Shown here one piece after another: positions 37,499 to 47,003 of a DNA stretch of 64,000 bases; the stretch's first letter is position 1; every line of letters begins with the position of its first letter. The position numbers were made by a program, and so were the translations under genes. The notes beneath the pieces were generated by a model. The model searched no databases. It was given only the letters and a program-made list of their open reading frames with translations, and was not told where the DNA came from. Source of the DNA: an uncultured virus (IMG/VR IMGVR_UViG_3300005080_000002) (lineage: Duplodnaviria; Heunggongvirae; Uroviricota; Caudoviricetes); IMG/VR virus record IMGVR_UViG_3300005080_000002; one strand, given 5' to 3'.

Positions 37499-39528
37499 TT
37501 AATAAAACTGTACCACGTATGTCCTATCACGTCCGTGATCTGTTGGATTTTGATGAGGATGAAATCTGGGACCTTCCACGTCCAGGGATAGTCGCCCTGA
37601 CTTATGACGATGGTCAGCTGATTCACACCAATACTGTAGACATTTGCTTTAGTTGGTATCTTTGGCAAATCGTAGACAGCTATCGTGAACTCCAGATCAC
37701 TCCGAAACTGTGTACTAACGGCCGGCCCCTTACAGACAAACTCTATCGTGAGATGTTGTGGGCTGCCATTGAAGACACGGTCGATATGGACATCAACAAA
37801 GAAGACGTCTGGCTGCTGGCGTATAAGCGTTGCTACAACGAACTGTATGTTGCGCTGTCTACACGTCTCCTTCCTTATATTGACACGATCTCTGCCCCTG
37901 AGGTATTGGAGATCCTTAATGATGAGGAGATCACCGCTGCTAACGAAGCAGTAACTGACGCGATGCCGACTATCGACAACGCGTACGCGGTTATCAAGAA
38001 AGTGTTCAACTCAGGAAAGTATAAGAACAACCCGATTGTTCGTGCTGCTCTGAACCGCACCGTACCGATGCCGCAGATACTCCAGTCCTTCGGCCCTAAA
38101 GGCCTGAGTACGGATATCGACTCGGTTATGTATGTCAAGCCAATCCGTCGTGGCTTTGCAATGGGTCTGGGTGATACCAACTCGTTTGCAAAAGAAACGC
38201 GGTCAGCTTCTAAGGCGCTACTCTTTAACAAGGATCCGGTAGCAGATGCGGAATATTTTAACCGTAAGCTGCAATTGGTATGTAGCGTGCTGGAGCGCGT
38301 TGTCAAAGGCGACTGTGGTACTCGTGATGCTCACGAAGCCATGATCCCTGAAGGCAGTGCAGGCGAAGCATTAATCCGTTCCATGGCAGGTCTGTATCAA
38401 GTCCTGCCGTCTGGCAAACTCCATGAAATCTTACCAACAGACACCCATCTGTTGGGGCAACGCATACGCTTCCGTACGACGAACTGCTGTCAGTATCTGC
38501 ACGAGCAGGAAGTGTGTGAAGTCTGCTACGGTAAGACATCTTATGCATTGCCGCATGACACTAACCCAGGACACGTTAGTTCGACCTCGTTGAACAAGCG
38601 GTTCACTCAGATCATTATTTCCACAAAACACTTGGACTTCATCGTCCACAAGTTTATCGTGGCATTGCGTGGTACTGAGGGTCGTTACTTGGCCATCAAA
38701 GAAGGTGACAAGGAATCCCTCTACCTGAATAGCGTTCTGAAGGGTAAGTCAGTCAAGCTGCGTATCTCTGCACAAGAGGCCGCTCATCTCGTAGACATCA
38801 ACTACGTGAAGAACCTGGCCAACATGGATATCAGCCGTGCAAGTCAGCTGACCTCCGCTGAGTTCTATACAGTGGATGAGAATCAGGTCTACCAAGACCA
38901 GCTCCAGGTCAACTTGGTGAAGCAAGCCACCAAAGCTTCGCTCTCCACCGAGATGCTGCGTTATTTGCAGACTGAGAAATGGATTGCCAACGGCAGTTCC
39001 TACTGGATCGATCTGGCCAACTGGGACGTCAAGAAACCGTTGTTTGTATATCCGCTCAAACACGAAAACATGTCTGAGTTTGCGAGTAAAGCGGAAACGT
39101 TGTTCCGCTCGGCCCGCTCTGCGTCCGAACACGATGAAACTTACACTGCTGAGACATCGAAGAAGACGGTGAAGAATAAAGCTGCCATGCTGGTAAGCTA
39201 CCGTGATGTGGATGACGCTCTTATGGATGCGTACTACCTCATCTCCGAGAAACTGGACGATATTCACCTCGGCCATATCTCCACGGTAATTGCCACGTCT
39301 CGTGTCACTGATACGAGAATCGGTGATTGTGCAATGCCAAACGGTCTGTACTCTGGTGTATTCCGTTCACACGATGAAATCATTCGTCGTCGGTCATTGT
39401 CTGTTGCCATGCTCTACCAGAGACAGAATGAAGTCTTTGAAGACGTAACTGCGTATATCGATCACGATCGTTGTACCAGTATCATGGATAGCTTGGTCTA
39501 TATCGAGCCCGCAAACGCCAGACGCTAA
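37495..39528 (+). CDS. Non-virion RNA polymerase beta' C-terminal subunit (phiKZ gp74-like)
   Basis: Bridge-helix-like DAEYFNRKL, DCGT, and Zn site RTTNCC...VCEVCYG. Confidence 0.88.
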   Translation: MINKTVPRMSYHVRDLLDFDEDEIWDLPRPGIVALTYDDGQLIHTNTVDICFSWYLWQIVDSYRELQITPKLCTNGRPLTDKLYREMLWAAIEDTVDMDINKEDVWLLAYKRCYNELYVALSTRLLPYIDTISAPEVLEILNDEEITAANEAVTDAMPTIDNAYAVIKKVFNSGKYKNNPIVRAALNRTVPMPQILQSFGPKGLSTDIDSVMYVKPIRRGFAMGLGDTNSFAKETRSASKALLFNKDPVADAEYFNRKLQLVCSVLERVVKGDCGTRDAHEAMIPEGSAGEALIRSMAGLYQVLPSGKLHEILPTDTHLLGQRIRFRTTNCCQYLHEQEVCEVCYGKTSYALPHDTNPGHVSSTSLNKRFTQIIISTKHLDFIVHKFIVALRGTEGRYLAIKEGDKESLYLNSVLKGKSVKLRISAQEAAHLVDINYVKNLANMDISRASQLTSAEFYTVDENQVYQDQLQVNLVKQATKASLSTEMLRYLQTEKWIANGSSYWIDLANWDVKKPLFVYPLKHENMSEFASKAETLFRSARSASEHDETYTAETSKKTVKNKAAMLVSYRDVDDALMDAYYLISEKLDDIHLGHISTVIATSRVTDTRIGDCAMPNGLYSGVFRSHDEIIRRRSLSVAMLYQRQNEVFEDVTAYIDHDRCTSIMDSLVYIEPANARR

Positions 39529-39572
39529 CTAAGGTACGGGGAGGATTCTCCCCGTATTTTTTTGGAGCATAA

Positions 39573-41129
39573 ATGGCTATTGTAGACATTGTGCGCCACA
39601 GGACGGGGTTCTGCGTACGCACAACTGAAGTTGCATTACATCATGCGTTAGAGGCATATAACGAATCATTAACCCAACCAAAGATCCAGAGACAGCGTGG
39701 TAAGGTATTCACGATTCCTGGTGATAAATACGCAGTACGAGTTGATAAAGAAAACGCCTTCTACTACATCGATGCGCTGTATGAGCCTGTTCTAACGCTC
39801 CTCAAGGAGCGTATAAGCAGACTTATGCGTCGTGACATAACCATCAACGAGACGCGACTGAACACGCCTGAAGGGGCGTCTGTCTCGTTTAAAGGGCATG
39901 TCCTCAATATGGTAGAGCCAGAAGGAGATTTCTTTTGGCAAAACGCCTGTGTGGAACGTTGTTCTCAAGTAGACCCTTGGCATAACGTTCTTGAAATCGC
40001 AACCGGGGAAGGTAAGACAAAGACTGCGCTGAAGATTGCAGTTACGATGGGTAAGCGCTTCATGGTGTTGACCAAAGCAGCTTATTTGGATAAGTGGGTA
40101 GGGGATCTTAAAGAGAACCTTAAACTGCGTCCGGGTGAACTGTATAAGGTTAAGGACACGAAGGAGCTAGAGATATTGCTACGTGACGGCGACGCGCGCT
40201 TAGGCGGCGGTCGCGGCCACAAGGAATGTAAAGCGATTGTTATTTCGTCGCACTGTATCGAAAACTATATCAAGGAGTATCTCGGCCGTTATGATAATGC
40301 CGTGTCTCCTACTGAACTACTCGAGCGGCTTGGCATCGGTCTTCTACTTTACGATGAGTCTCATCAGTTCTTCCGAATGAACTATACGTCATTCGTTATG
40401 CTCAACCCTCCCCGCGTCATTGATCTGTCGGCCACATTGGAACCTGACGACGCCTTCATGAAAGCACGGTACTTGGAACGTTTCCCGCTGCCTACACGGT
40501 ATACCGGTAATCCCTACGTCCCATTCATCGATGCAATCGGCCTAAGGTATAGCATCAAAGACCATAAAGTCACATCACGCATGAATAGACTGAGCATGTA
40601 TAATCATCCAGAGTTAGAAAAGATGATTATGCGCAATAAACAAATGCTTAACAACTACATGCATATGTGCGCTGAGATTTTGAAGGTGTGGTATATAAAT
40701 GAAAAGAAAGATGGTCAGAAAGCACTGATTATCTTTGCCACCAAGGCGATGTGTACCACGTTTACTGAATACATGAAAAAGAAGTATCCGACGTTCAATG
40801 TCTATCGCTACATCGAAGGCGATATTTACAAGAAGGCTACCGAAGCTGACATCATTGTGTCAACGCCTGGTAAGTCTGGCACTGCCGTGGACTATGTAGG
40901 TCTGGTATTGGCAATCATCACTGTTGCAGTAGATGCCACCCAAGCCAACCTGCAAATGTTAGGCCGTACGCGTAAGTCGACATTGAAACTCTGGAACATT
41001 AACCCAAAGGTGGTCTATCCGATATGTAACCAAATCAAGAAACATCATATGTACTGGAATAAGAAAGCTACCAAGTTTAATGGTCGCGTTCGCAAACTCG
41101 TGACTATGGGAAGTGCCTTTACTGTCTAG
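39573..41129 (+). CDS. Superfamily 2 (DExH) helicase (phiKZ gp75-like)
   Basis: ATGEGKT, YDESH, LSAT and QMLGRTR. Confidence 0.9.
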   Translation: MAIVDIVRHRTGFCVRTTEVALHHALEAYNESLTQPKIQRQRGKVFTIPGDKYAVRVDKENAFYYIDALYEPVLTLLKERISRLMRRDITINETRLNTPEGASVSFKGHVLNMVEPEGDFFWQNACVERCSQVDPWHNVLEIATGEGKTKTALKIAVTMGKRFMVLTKAAYLDKWVGDLKENLKLRPGELYKVKDTKELEILLRDGDARLGGGRGHKECKAIVISSHCIENYIKEYLGRYDNAVSPTELLERLGIGLLLYDESHQFFRMNYTSFVMLNPPRVIDLSATLEPDDAFMKARYLERFPLPTRYTGNPYVPFIDAIGLRYSIKDHKVTSRMNRLSMYNHPELEKMIMRNKQMLNNYMHMCAEILKVWYINEKKDGQKALIIFATKAMCTTFTEYMKKKYPTFNVYRYIEGDIYKKATEADIIVSTPGKSGTAVDYVGLVLAIITVAVDATQANLQMLGRTRKSTLKLWNINPKVVYPICNQIKKHHMYWNKKATKFNGRVRKLVTMGSAFTV

Positions 41130-41134
41130 GAGGT

Positions 41135-41482
41135 ATGATGGCTAATTATAACGGGTATAACTTGGCACAGCTTTTGGAGTCTGTGCTTAAAGCGTACCCT
41201 GGCGTAGTTCCTGCGCTTGATCTGTTGACCGATGGTTTGTCACCGGAGTATGTGGCATTCCATCGTGAGTCTGTTAAGGCCCATACCGGCCTTATCCACT
41301 TCAAGCACCGTGGTGTGGTGTACCAGCTTACCCGCGTGTCCAACATTCGTAATACGAACGGTTACGAGCGTTACACGTACGCTATCTGGGACGATGAACA
41401 CCAACAGGCAGATGATCCCAACATTGCATACTCGATCTACATAGACGAGTTCCTGCCGTGGGTAACAATACCGCTGACATAA
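41135..41482 (+). CDS. Hypothetical protein, 115 aa
   Basis: AGGAGG RBS; ends at a bidirectional terminator. Confidence 0.7.
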   Translation: MMANYNGYNLAQLLESVLKAYPGVVPALDLLTDGLSPEYVAFHRESVKAHTGLIHFKHRGVVYQLTRVSNIRNTNGYERYTYAIWDDEHQQADDPNIAYSIYIDEFLPWVTIPLT

Positions 41483-41519
41483 AGAGAAGAGGGCTTTCGC
41501 CCTCCTCTCTTTTTTTTTG

Positions 41520-41888
41520 TCAGTTGGTCAAATTTTTCTTTACTTCACCAGACAGAGATATCTCCGACTTCAAGGCCCGTTCGGCCTCGGCTTTCAGTTC
41601 TTCAATGAATGGACGCGGCATGTCGATATACTGCAAGAGCGATATACCGTACTTAGCAATGTCATAATCTCGGAACTCTTTAGCTCGATGAGTAAACAAA
41701 GAACCGTTGGATACACGCTCCTCCTCCGCAATACCAATGAGATTCGGACCATAGTCCAGATCATAGGTTTCGGCGTAGGCTTCGACCAACATCATCTTAG
41801 CCTCAATGTAAGTGGGCTTCACTGAGAGCTTGGTGGTGTCGGTTCTTAGAAGATCGTCTACCGCAGTAAGGTTCCCCGAATCCGTCAT
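41520..41888 (-). CDS. Hypothetical 122 aa ORF; probable -1 frameshift extension of the upstream gene
   Basis: No RBS before ATG 41888; its frame stays open upstream to the T8 run at 41978-41985. Confidence 0.65.
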   Translation of the reverse strand: MTDSGNLTAVDDLLRTDTTKLSVKPTYIEAKMMLVEAYAETYDLDYGPNLIGIAEEERVSNGSLFTHRAKEFRDYDIAKYGISLLQYIDMPRPFIEELKAEAERALKSEISLSGEVKKNLTN

Positions 41889-41923
41889 GTAGTGCTTTCG
41901 CCGGTCGGAGAACAGGCCAGACC

Positions 41924-43576
41924 TTATTGACCCTGTTCCAACATAGCCAGCATGCTGGTTTTCTGTCTGGTAAGTGTAAAAAAAATCCGGTCAATGGGCA
42001 TGGGGACGATAGAGCGGAAGCGACCGGTGTCGGTCTCATCCACAGTGCCACAGGCTTTGCAGCGCGATGCGGCATAGCCTACAACCACGATAGTGCTGGC
42101 TTCGATGAACTCAACAACCTGATCTTGGAACTTGACAAAGAAGCCGTCGTTCGCAGAGAGGATATCGAGAGACTCGACGATAGTCGCACGATCGACGATG
42201 GTCAGCGGGTTGGCAGTATCGGTGTTGAAGATGATCTTCTCAACGAAGTGGCCGTATTTACGCATGGCACGTGCCTGGATATGGCTGTCCAGGAAGGCCT
42301 TCCGCTCCGCATCGGTATTGTAGCTGGACAACGCAACGGCTTGTTGCTTCTCGATGTCCTCAACCCACTGACGGCCGCTCTCGGCGTATTCAGACAGGCT
42401 ACCGGTACGCAGATGGATTTCCACGTTGTCGTTGAACTTGACGACGCGCTTATCGGACAGCTTGAACTCGGCCTTGTACTCGGCGATCTCAGCATCGGTG
42501 ATGCTGTTACGCTTCTTAACCAGCATGTCCATCTGTTTCTTGTTCAGGCAGGTCTTATCGACCCAGGCCATGCGGCTGAAGTGCATGCGAGTCTCATGCT
42601 TGTGACCACACTTGGGATTGGCACATTCGATCAGCCACGGGTAACCGTTCGGATACATCGTCGCCAACATGGTGTTGATCAGGGTCGGATAGTCCATCGG
42701 ATCAATGCGATCCATCAGTGACTGAACCATGCCGTCGGACAGGTTGGCCACGTTGGTGGAGGTGACATAGCTCAACGCAAATGTTGCCAGCTCACGTACA
42801 AAGATAGAGCTAGTCGCAGACAGCAGCAGACCAGAGGTAGACATGCCGACCGCAGCACGCTCCATGGCCAGACGGTAGTCGAGGTTGATCAGGTCGGTGT
42901 CCGGCGGACAGGACATCTCGATATAGATACCGGAGTGATAGAGCGGTTGCAACAAAGAAGTGCCCAGGTTGGATGCACGACGCAGCAGGGTCAGTGCAGC
43001 GCTACCCTTAACGATATTACCGCTAGCCTCGAGCCGAGGCTGTGCAGTACCAACACGCTCACCGCCGTTATCCAGGCTCTGTACCCACTGGCTGTCTTTC
43101 TCGGCCAGACGCATGGAATGCAGTGCATGCGGAGTATAGTTGGCAATCAGTCGGGTTTCGTGATCACCAAACTGACCACCGTTGCGAACTTGGGTGTACA
43201 TCATGTCCGCAAAGGGGAGGTTGAAAGAATGGCCAGGCAAACCAAATACCGGCTTGGTATTGGAGTTGTCCAGGGTCTTACGCTCCTCGACGTAATTGAT
43301 GGAGACGCCGACCAGACCACGGTCTTCCAGCTCCAGCGCCAGTCCCTCACGTTCTTCGATGGTGGAAGGAACGGTCGGACCGTCCTGGTCGCCAGTATTG
43401 CCAGCGTCAACTTTAGCAGTTGTCGCATCGGTCGCTACTTCTGTAGTTACCGCAGCCGCCGGCTCAGCTACTACTGTCGGTTCTACTTCAACAGTTGCTT
43501 CCGGCATGGTCTCGACGACCGGCTCAGTTGCAGAGATAGGATCCACGGTAGGGAGGTCATCAAATTGATCAGACAT
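41924..43576 (-). CDS. Conserved protein with two Cys pairs (phiKZ gp77-like), candidate tail/baseplate assembly chaperone, 550 aa
   Basis: AGGAG RBS; acidic disordered N-terminus; CANPKC and CKAC; slippery site near the 3' end. Confidence 0.6.
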   Translation of the reverse strand: MSDQFDDLPTVDPISATEPVVETMPEATVEVEPTVVAEPAAAVTTEVATDATTAKVDAGNTGDQDGPTVPSTIEEREGLALELEDRGLVGVSINYVEERKTLDNSNTKPVFGLPGHSFNLPFADMMYTQVRNGGQFGDHETRLIANYTPHALHSMRLAEKDSQWVQSLDNGGERVGTAQPRLEASGNIVKGSAALTLLRRASNLGTSLLQPLYHSGIYIEMSCPPDTDLINLDYRLAMERAAVGMSTSGLLLSATSSIFVRELATFALSYVTSTNVANLSDGMVQSLMDRIDPMDYPTLINTMLATMYPNGYPWLIECANPKCGHKHETRMHFSRMAWVDKTCLNKKQMDMLVKKRNSITDAEIAEYKAEFKLSDKRVVKFNDNVEIHLRTGSLSEYAESGRQWVEDIEKQQAVALSSYNTDAERKAFLDSHIQARAMRKYGHFVEKIIFNTDTANPLTIVDRATIVESLDILSANDGFFVKFQDQVVEFIEASTIVVVGYAASRCKACGTVDETDTGRFRSIVPMPIDRIFFTLTRQKTSMLAMLEQGQ

Positions 43577-43632
43577 TGTCTTACTCCTGACATAAATGAA
43601 TGGGCGGTTTCCCGCCCACTTACGGTTAGCGA

Positions 43633-44097
43633 TTAGGATTTAATGTCGAGCATCAGCTCGTTTACGGACATCATGTTGAGGCTGTAGCGATGGGCGTGAT
43701 CGTCACGCATGCGCTCGAGGCCTTCGCAGATACCGATGGACTTCTGAGTCCAGGCGATGTAGTCGCCGCTCTTGTCATTGACAAAAGCTTCGCCTTCATC
43801 TTTGAGCTGTTTGAAGCCGGCTTTGAGCTCGTCGCTATCGCTCTTGATCTTGTCCAGTACGTTAACCAGGCTATCCACGACTTCCTTCGGACCTTGTACG
43901 AGGTCATTACCAAACATGTTGGTGTATTGCTGGAGGACAGCGTCGGCCATACCGGTCAGCGGTTCGGTGACGCGGATTTGTTTCAAGACCTCGCGGTCGT
44001 GGTTAGCTTTGATAGTCAAATCCATCCCCTTATTGCGTGCACGGTTAGCCGCTTTCTTTTTCATTTTTGCCCGAAGGGCACGTTTAGATTGTTGCAT
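43633..44097 (-). CDS. Hypothetical helical protein with basic N-terminus, 154 aa
   Basis: AAGGA RBS; biased codon usage; terminator hairpin at 43600-43620. Confidence 0.7.
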   Translation of the reverse strand: MQQSKRALRAKMKKKAANRARNKGMDLTIKANHDREVLKQIRVTEPLTGMADAVLQQYTNMFGNDLVQGPKEVVDSLVNVLDKIKSDSDELKAGFKQLKDEGEAFVNDKSGDYIAWTQKSIGICEGLERMRDDHAHRYSLNMMSVNELMLDIKS

Positions 44098-44182
44098 GAC
44101 TCGTCCTTATTGATAGAACATATTCTATGGAGCCTTCGTAATATGGCAAGGCGTATAAAAAATAACCTGAAAGAGAGAAACC

Positions 44183-45052
44183 ATGAACGACTTATTAGTC
44201 AGTGTCTTGCATGAAGCACGCCATGAAAGTCGGGCAAACTCCATCATTGGCCTGACCCAGTGTCTTTACGATACTGGATATGGAGATGGTCTCGAATTAG
44301 GCATCACCAGCATCGTCGCGAAATATGATTCGTCGGCAGAAGCACTGCTCGAATTGGAGGGATACATCTATAAGAATATAATGGACTTAGTTGCAACGCT
44401 TGGTCTCGAGGTCGACTTTGATGAGTGCTATCGTCGCCCTGACCATCTCTTGGACATCATCACCGTAATCCTCGAAGAGATCGAGACTTATGACGACTTC
44501 GATTCTCTGCTGACTATCGTAGATAGCGGTGAGCCGAGAAACATTATCGTCGGAAATTTGACAGCGTTCATCAAATCCACCTCCGCTGCTAATTACCATG
44601 CGTTGATCAACGATGCTTCTGAAAAGCTGCACAAGACTATTCGCGGTGCTCTTGTAGCGCGCCAAATGATAGACGACAGTTACGAGCTTGACTATAAGCC
44701 CGAGATTGTCCGTAACGTCGTGGCGTTCTGTAGAAAGTTCCCGACCAGTCCAGTCCTTGCACTATTTGAGAACTACGGCTATACCAAAACCGTCGACGAA
44801 TTGGTCGCCCAAGCCTCAGTGGAATTTGACAGCAACAGGCCAGATAAGTATCCGGCCGACGTGGGTCAAGTTGTAGCTGGTATCTTGCTCACCAAATATA
44901 CCGACTATGACGAAGCCTATGAAGCGAAGGATGCGCTCGTTGCACAGATCATGGATGACGAACACAAGGCCGGTTACGAGGTGGCATTGCGTTATGCCAA
45001 CGCTGCATTGGAAACGATCTTTGAACAGGTGAAGAACGATGAAGAAGCTTGA
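44183..45052 (+). CDS. Conserved acidic protein (phiKZ gp79-like), 289 aa
   Basis: Overlaps the start of the vRNAP subunit gene; synteny. Confidence 0.65.
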   Translation: MNDLLVSVLHEARHESRANSIIGLTQCLYDTGYGDGLELGITSIVAKYDSSAEALLELEGYIYKNIMDLVATLGLEVDFDECYRRPDHLLDIITVILEEIETYDDFDSLLTIVDSGEPRNIIVGNLTAFIKSTSAANYHALINDASEKLHKTIRGALVARQMIDDSYELDYKPEIVRNVVAFCRKFPTSPVLALFENYGYTKTVDELVAQASVEFDSNRPDKYPADVGQVVAGILLTKYTDYDEAYEAKDALVAQIMDDEHKAGYEVALRYANAALETIFEQVKNDEEA

Positions 45053-46361
45053 TCTGTTTATCGCTGGCTGTAAGGCTGGCCGATGGAAGTGGAGATCATG
45101 GCGCATCAGCCTGTTCTCCGTGGCCGAACTGCCCTTAGCCGGCAGTGAGATGGCGGTTGATGTAGAGTTCACTCCACATGAACCTGAGCCATTTGATATC
45201 AACTATACCGAGGAAGGTACGTTTTGGTATAACGGCGAGAGCGGCCAGTGGGAACCGGTGGAAGATGCCGTCGCTGGCGAGGCTCTTTACGATAACCGCG
45301 GTCTGGCTGATTTCCCAGCCGACAGCATTCCCAATCACCCTGAACCCATCACTACTACCTATGGCCGGATGCTCTTTAACTGGCTGGTGATGGTCTACGC
45401 CTTTGGTAACAAACTGCCATTCCAAGAGAAGGCTACGTCTAAAGGTATCGTTAAGCTGTTCTGTGAACGCGTCCTGGATGATGACGAGGAACCGCCCAAG
45501 GACGGCAAGACGTATTTTACGGCCACCGAGGTACAGCGCTTTGTAAAGGCTATGTACGAGCTACCAAGCCTTTGCCAGTACATCACACCTACTGGTACCG
45601 AGAAGACGCTCACAACGCATCCTGACATGGTTAAGCGACGTACTGAGTTGCTTGAGAAGTATAAGGACAATCTGACGCCGGCAAATATTGCTGCCATACA
45701 GAACGAACTTATTGCTCTTGATAAAGAGTGGCTCAAAGACGACGAGGCCATGGACTATTACCTGAGCGGCAAAGCATTCTCGGTTAAGCGTAAGAAGATG
45801 TTTGTTATGCACGGCATCGAAGCCTCCTTCCAAGAGGACGGGAAGTTCACACTTATCCCGACTTCCTTGAATGAAGGTGGCGACCTTAAGAACATGGTTG
45901 CCAAAAACAACTCCATTCGTGAAGGTTCTTACGACCGTGGTGCTGACACGGCAAAGGGCGGTGAAAAGGTTACGTTCCTCCAGCGGGTTTATCAGAACAC
46001 GAAGATTATTCCCGGTGATTGCGGAACTAAACTCACCTACAAGTTTATCATCACAGAACACAATGCTCACGCCTACCTCGGCCTCAACATGGTCGATGCT
46101 GGCAAGCTGGTTGTTCTTACCCCGGATTTGGCCAAGGCCAACTACGGTAAGATGATTGCAATACGGCGTCCATTACTATGTCAGGCCAGCCACACCGACT
46201 ACTGTGAGTGCTGTACAGGCCCTTCACTGGCAAAATCTCCTCGCGGCGTAGCCTCTGAGATAGCCGCTGTAGGTTCTGACATCATGTATGCGTTCATGCA
46301 GTCAATGCACGGTACTGAACTGGCCGTTGCCCATTTCGACTTCAACACCCATCTGAACTAA
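45039..46361 (+). CDS. Virion RNA polymerase beta' C-terminal subunit (phiKZ gp80-like)
   Basis: DTAKGGE, DCGT, IRRPLLC...YCECC and trigger-loop-like FMQSMHG. Confidence 0.87.
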   Translation: MKKLDLFIAGCKAGRWKWRSWRISLFSVAELPLAGSEMAVDVEFTPHEPEPFDINYTEEGTFWYNGESGQWEPVEDAVAGEALYDNRGLADFPADSIPNHPEPITTTYGRMLFNWLVMVYAFGNKLPFQEKATSKGIVKLFCERVLDDDEEPPKDGKTYFTATEVQRFVKAMYELPSLCQYITPTGTEKTLTTHPDMVKRRTELLEKYKDNLTPANIAAIQNELIALDKEWLKDDEAMDYYLSGKAFSVKRKKMFVMHGIEASFQEDGKFTLIPTSLNEGGDLKNMVAKNNSIREGSYDRGADTAKGGEKVTFLQRVYQNTKIIPGDCGTKLTYKFIITEHNAHAYLGLNMVDAGKLVVLTPDLAKANYGKMIAIRRPLLCQASHTDYCECCTGPSLAKSPRGVASEIAAVGSDIMYAFMQSMHGTELAVAHFDFNTHLN

Positions 46362-46370
46362 GGAAACAAC

Positions 46371-46964
46371 ATGTCTACTGAAAAAAACACCGCCCCTATT
46401 ACCGAGAAGCCGGCTACCGAAGTTAAGGTAGACGTTTCTGGTGCAGCAGATAAGCCGACCGTTGCTGAAAAGCTGGTTGCTGAACTCGACGCCGCTCCGG
46501 CCGACCTCTTTGCCAAGCAGGGTGACACCTCTTCCAACCCGACGCGTGTGAACGTCTGTATTGCTCACGTCAAGGCCTTTGCCGAGACCGTAGTTCCCGG
46601 TCAAACCAACGACGAAGCCGTCGCAACTGCCACCAACAACATGTCCACCATGTTCGGTCTGCTGGAGACCCTGAACACTGCCGACGTGACCAAGGTGCTG
46701 GACGCCGTCATGGAAACCGTTACCGGTGGTGAAAGCCGCAACTTCTGCAAGGCCTTCGACAAAGCCTACGCCTTCATCGGCCTGGCCGCTATCAAGTCCT
46801 CTGCCGAGCGTGAGCGTTTCGTACGCATGATGAACCTGATCTCCACCTACGCCAAGCTGCGTGACAAGTCCAAGCTGGAAACCCGTGTATCGGTCTCCTA
46901 CTCTCTGGACCTGGTGAAGAACGAAGCTGGTCGCAAAGCGATCCATGCTTACTTCTCCAAGTAA
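46371..46964 (+). CDS. Hypothetical protein, probably highly expressed, 197 aa
   Basis: AAGGA RBS; strong C-ending codon bias; ends at a bidirectional terminator (46977-47005). Confidence 0.8.
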   Translation: MSTEKNTAPITEKPATEVKVDVSGAADKPTVAEKLVAELDAAPADLFAKQGDTSSNPTRVNVCIAHVKAFAETVVPGQTNDEAVATATNNMSTMFGLLETLNTADVTKVLDAVMETVTGGESRNFCKAFDKAYAFIGLAAIKSSAERERFVRMMNLISTYAKLRDKSKLETRVSVSYSLDLVKNEAGRKAIHAYFSK

Positions 46965-47003
46965 CAAATAAAGTATTAGGCTGGGGGCAATGCCCCCAGC
47001 CTT

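Noticed and set aside
34989..41504. Identical hairpin cores at 34989 and 41482, and at 7627 and 54238, as possible mobile repeats
   Set aside because: All sit between convergent genes with A and T runs; ordinary bidirectional terminators.
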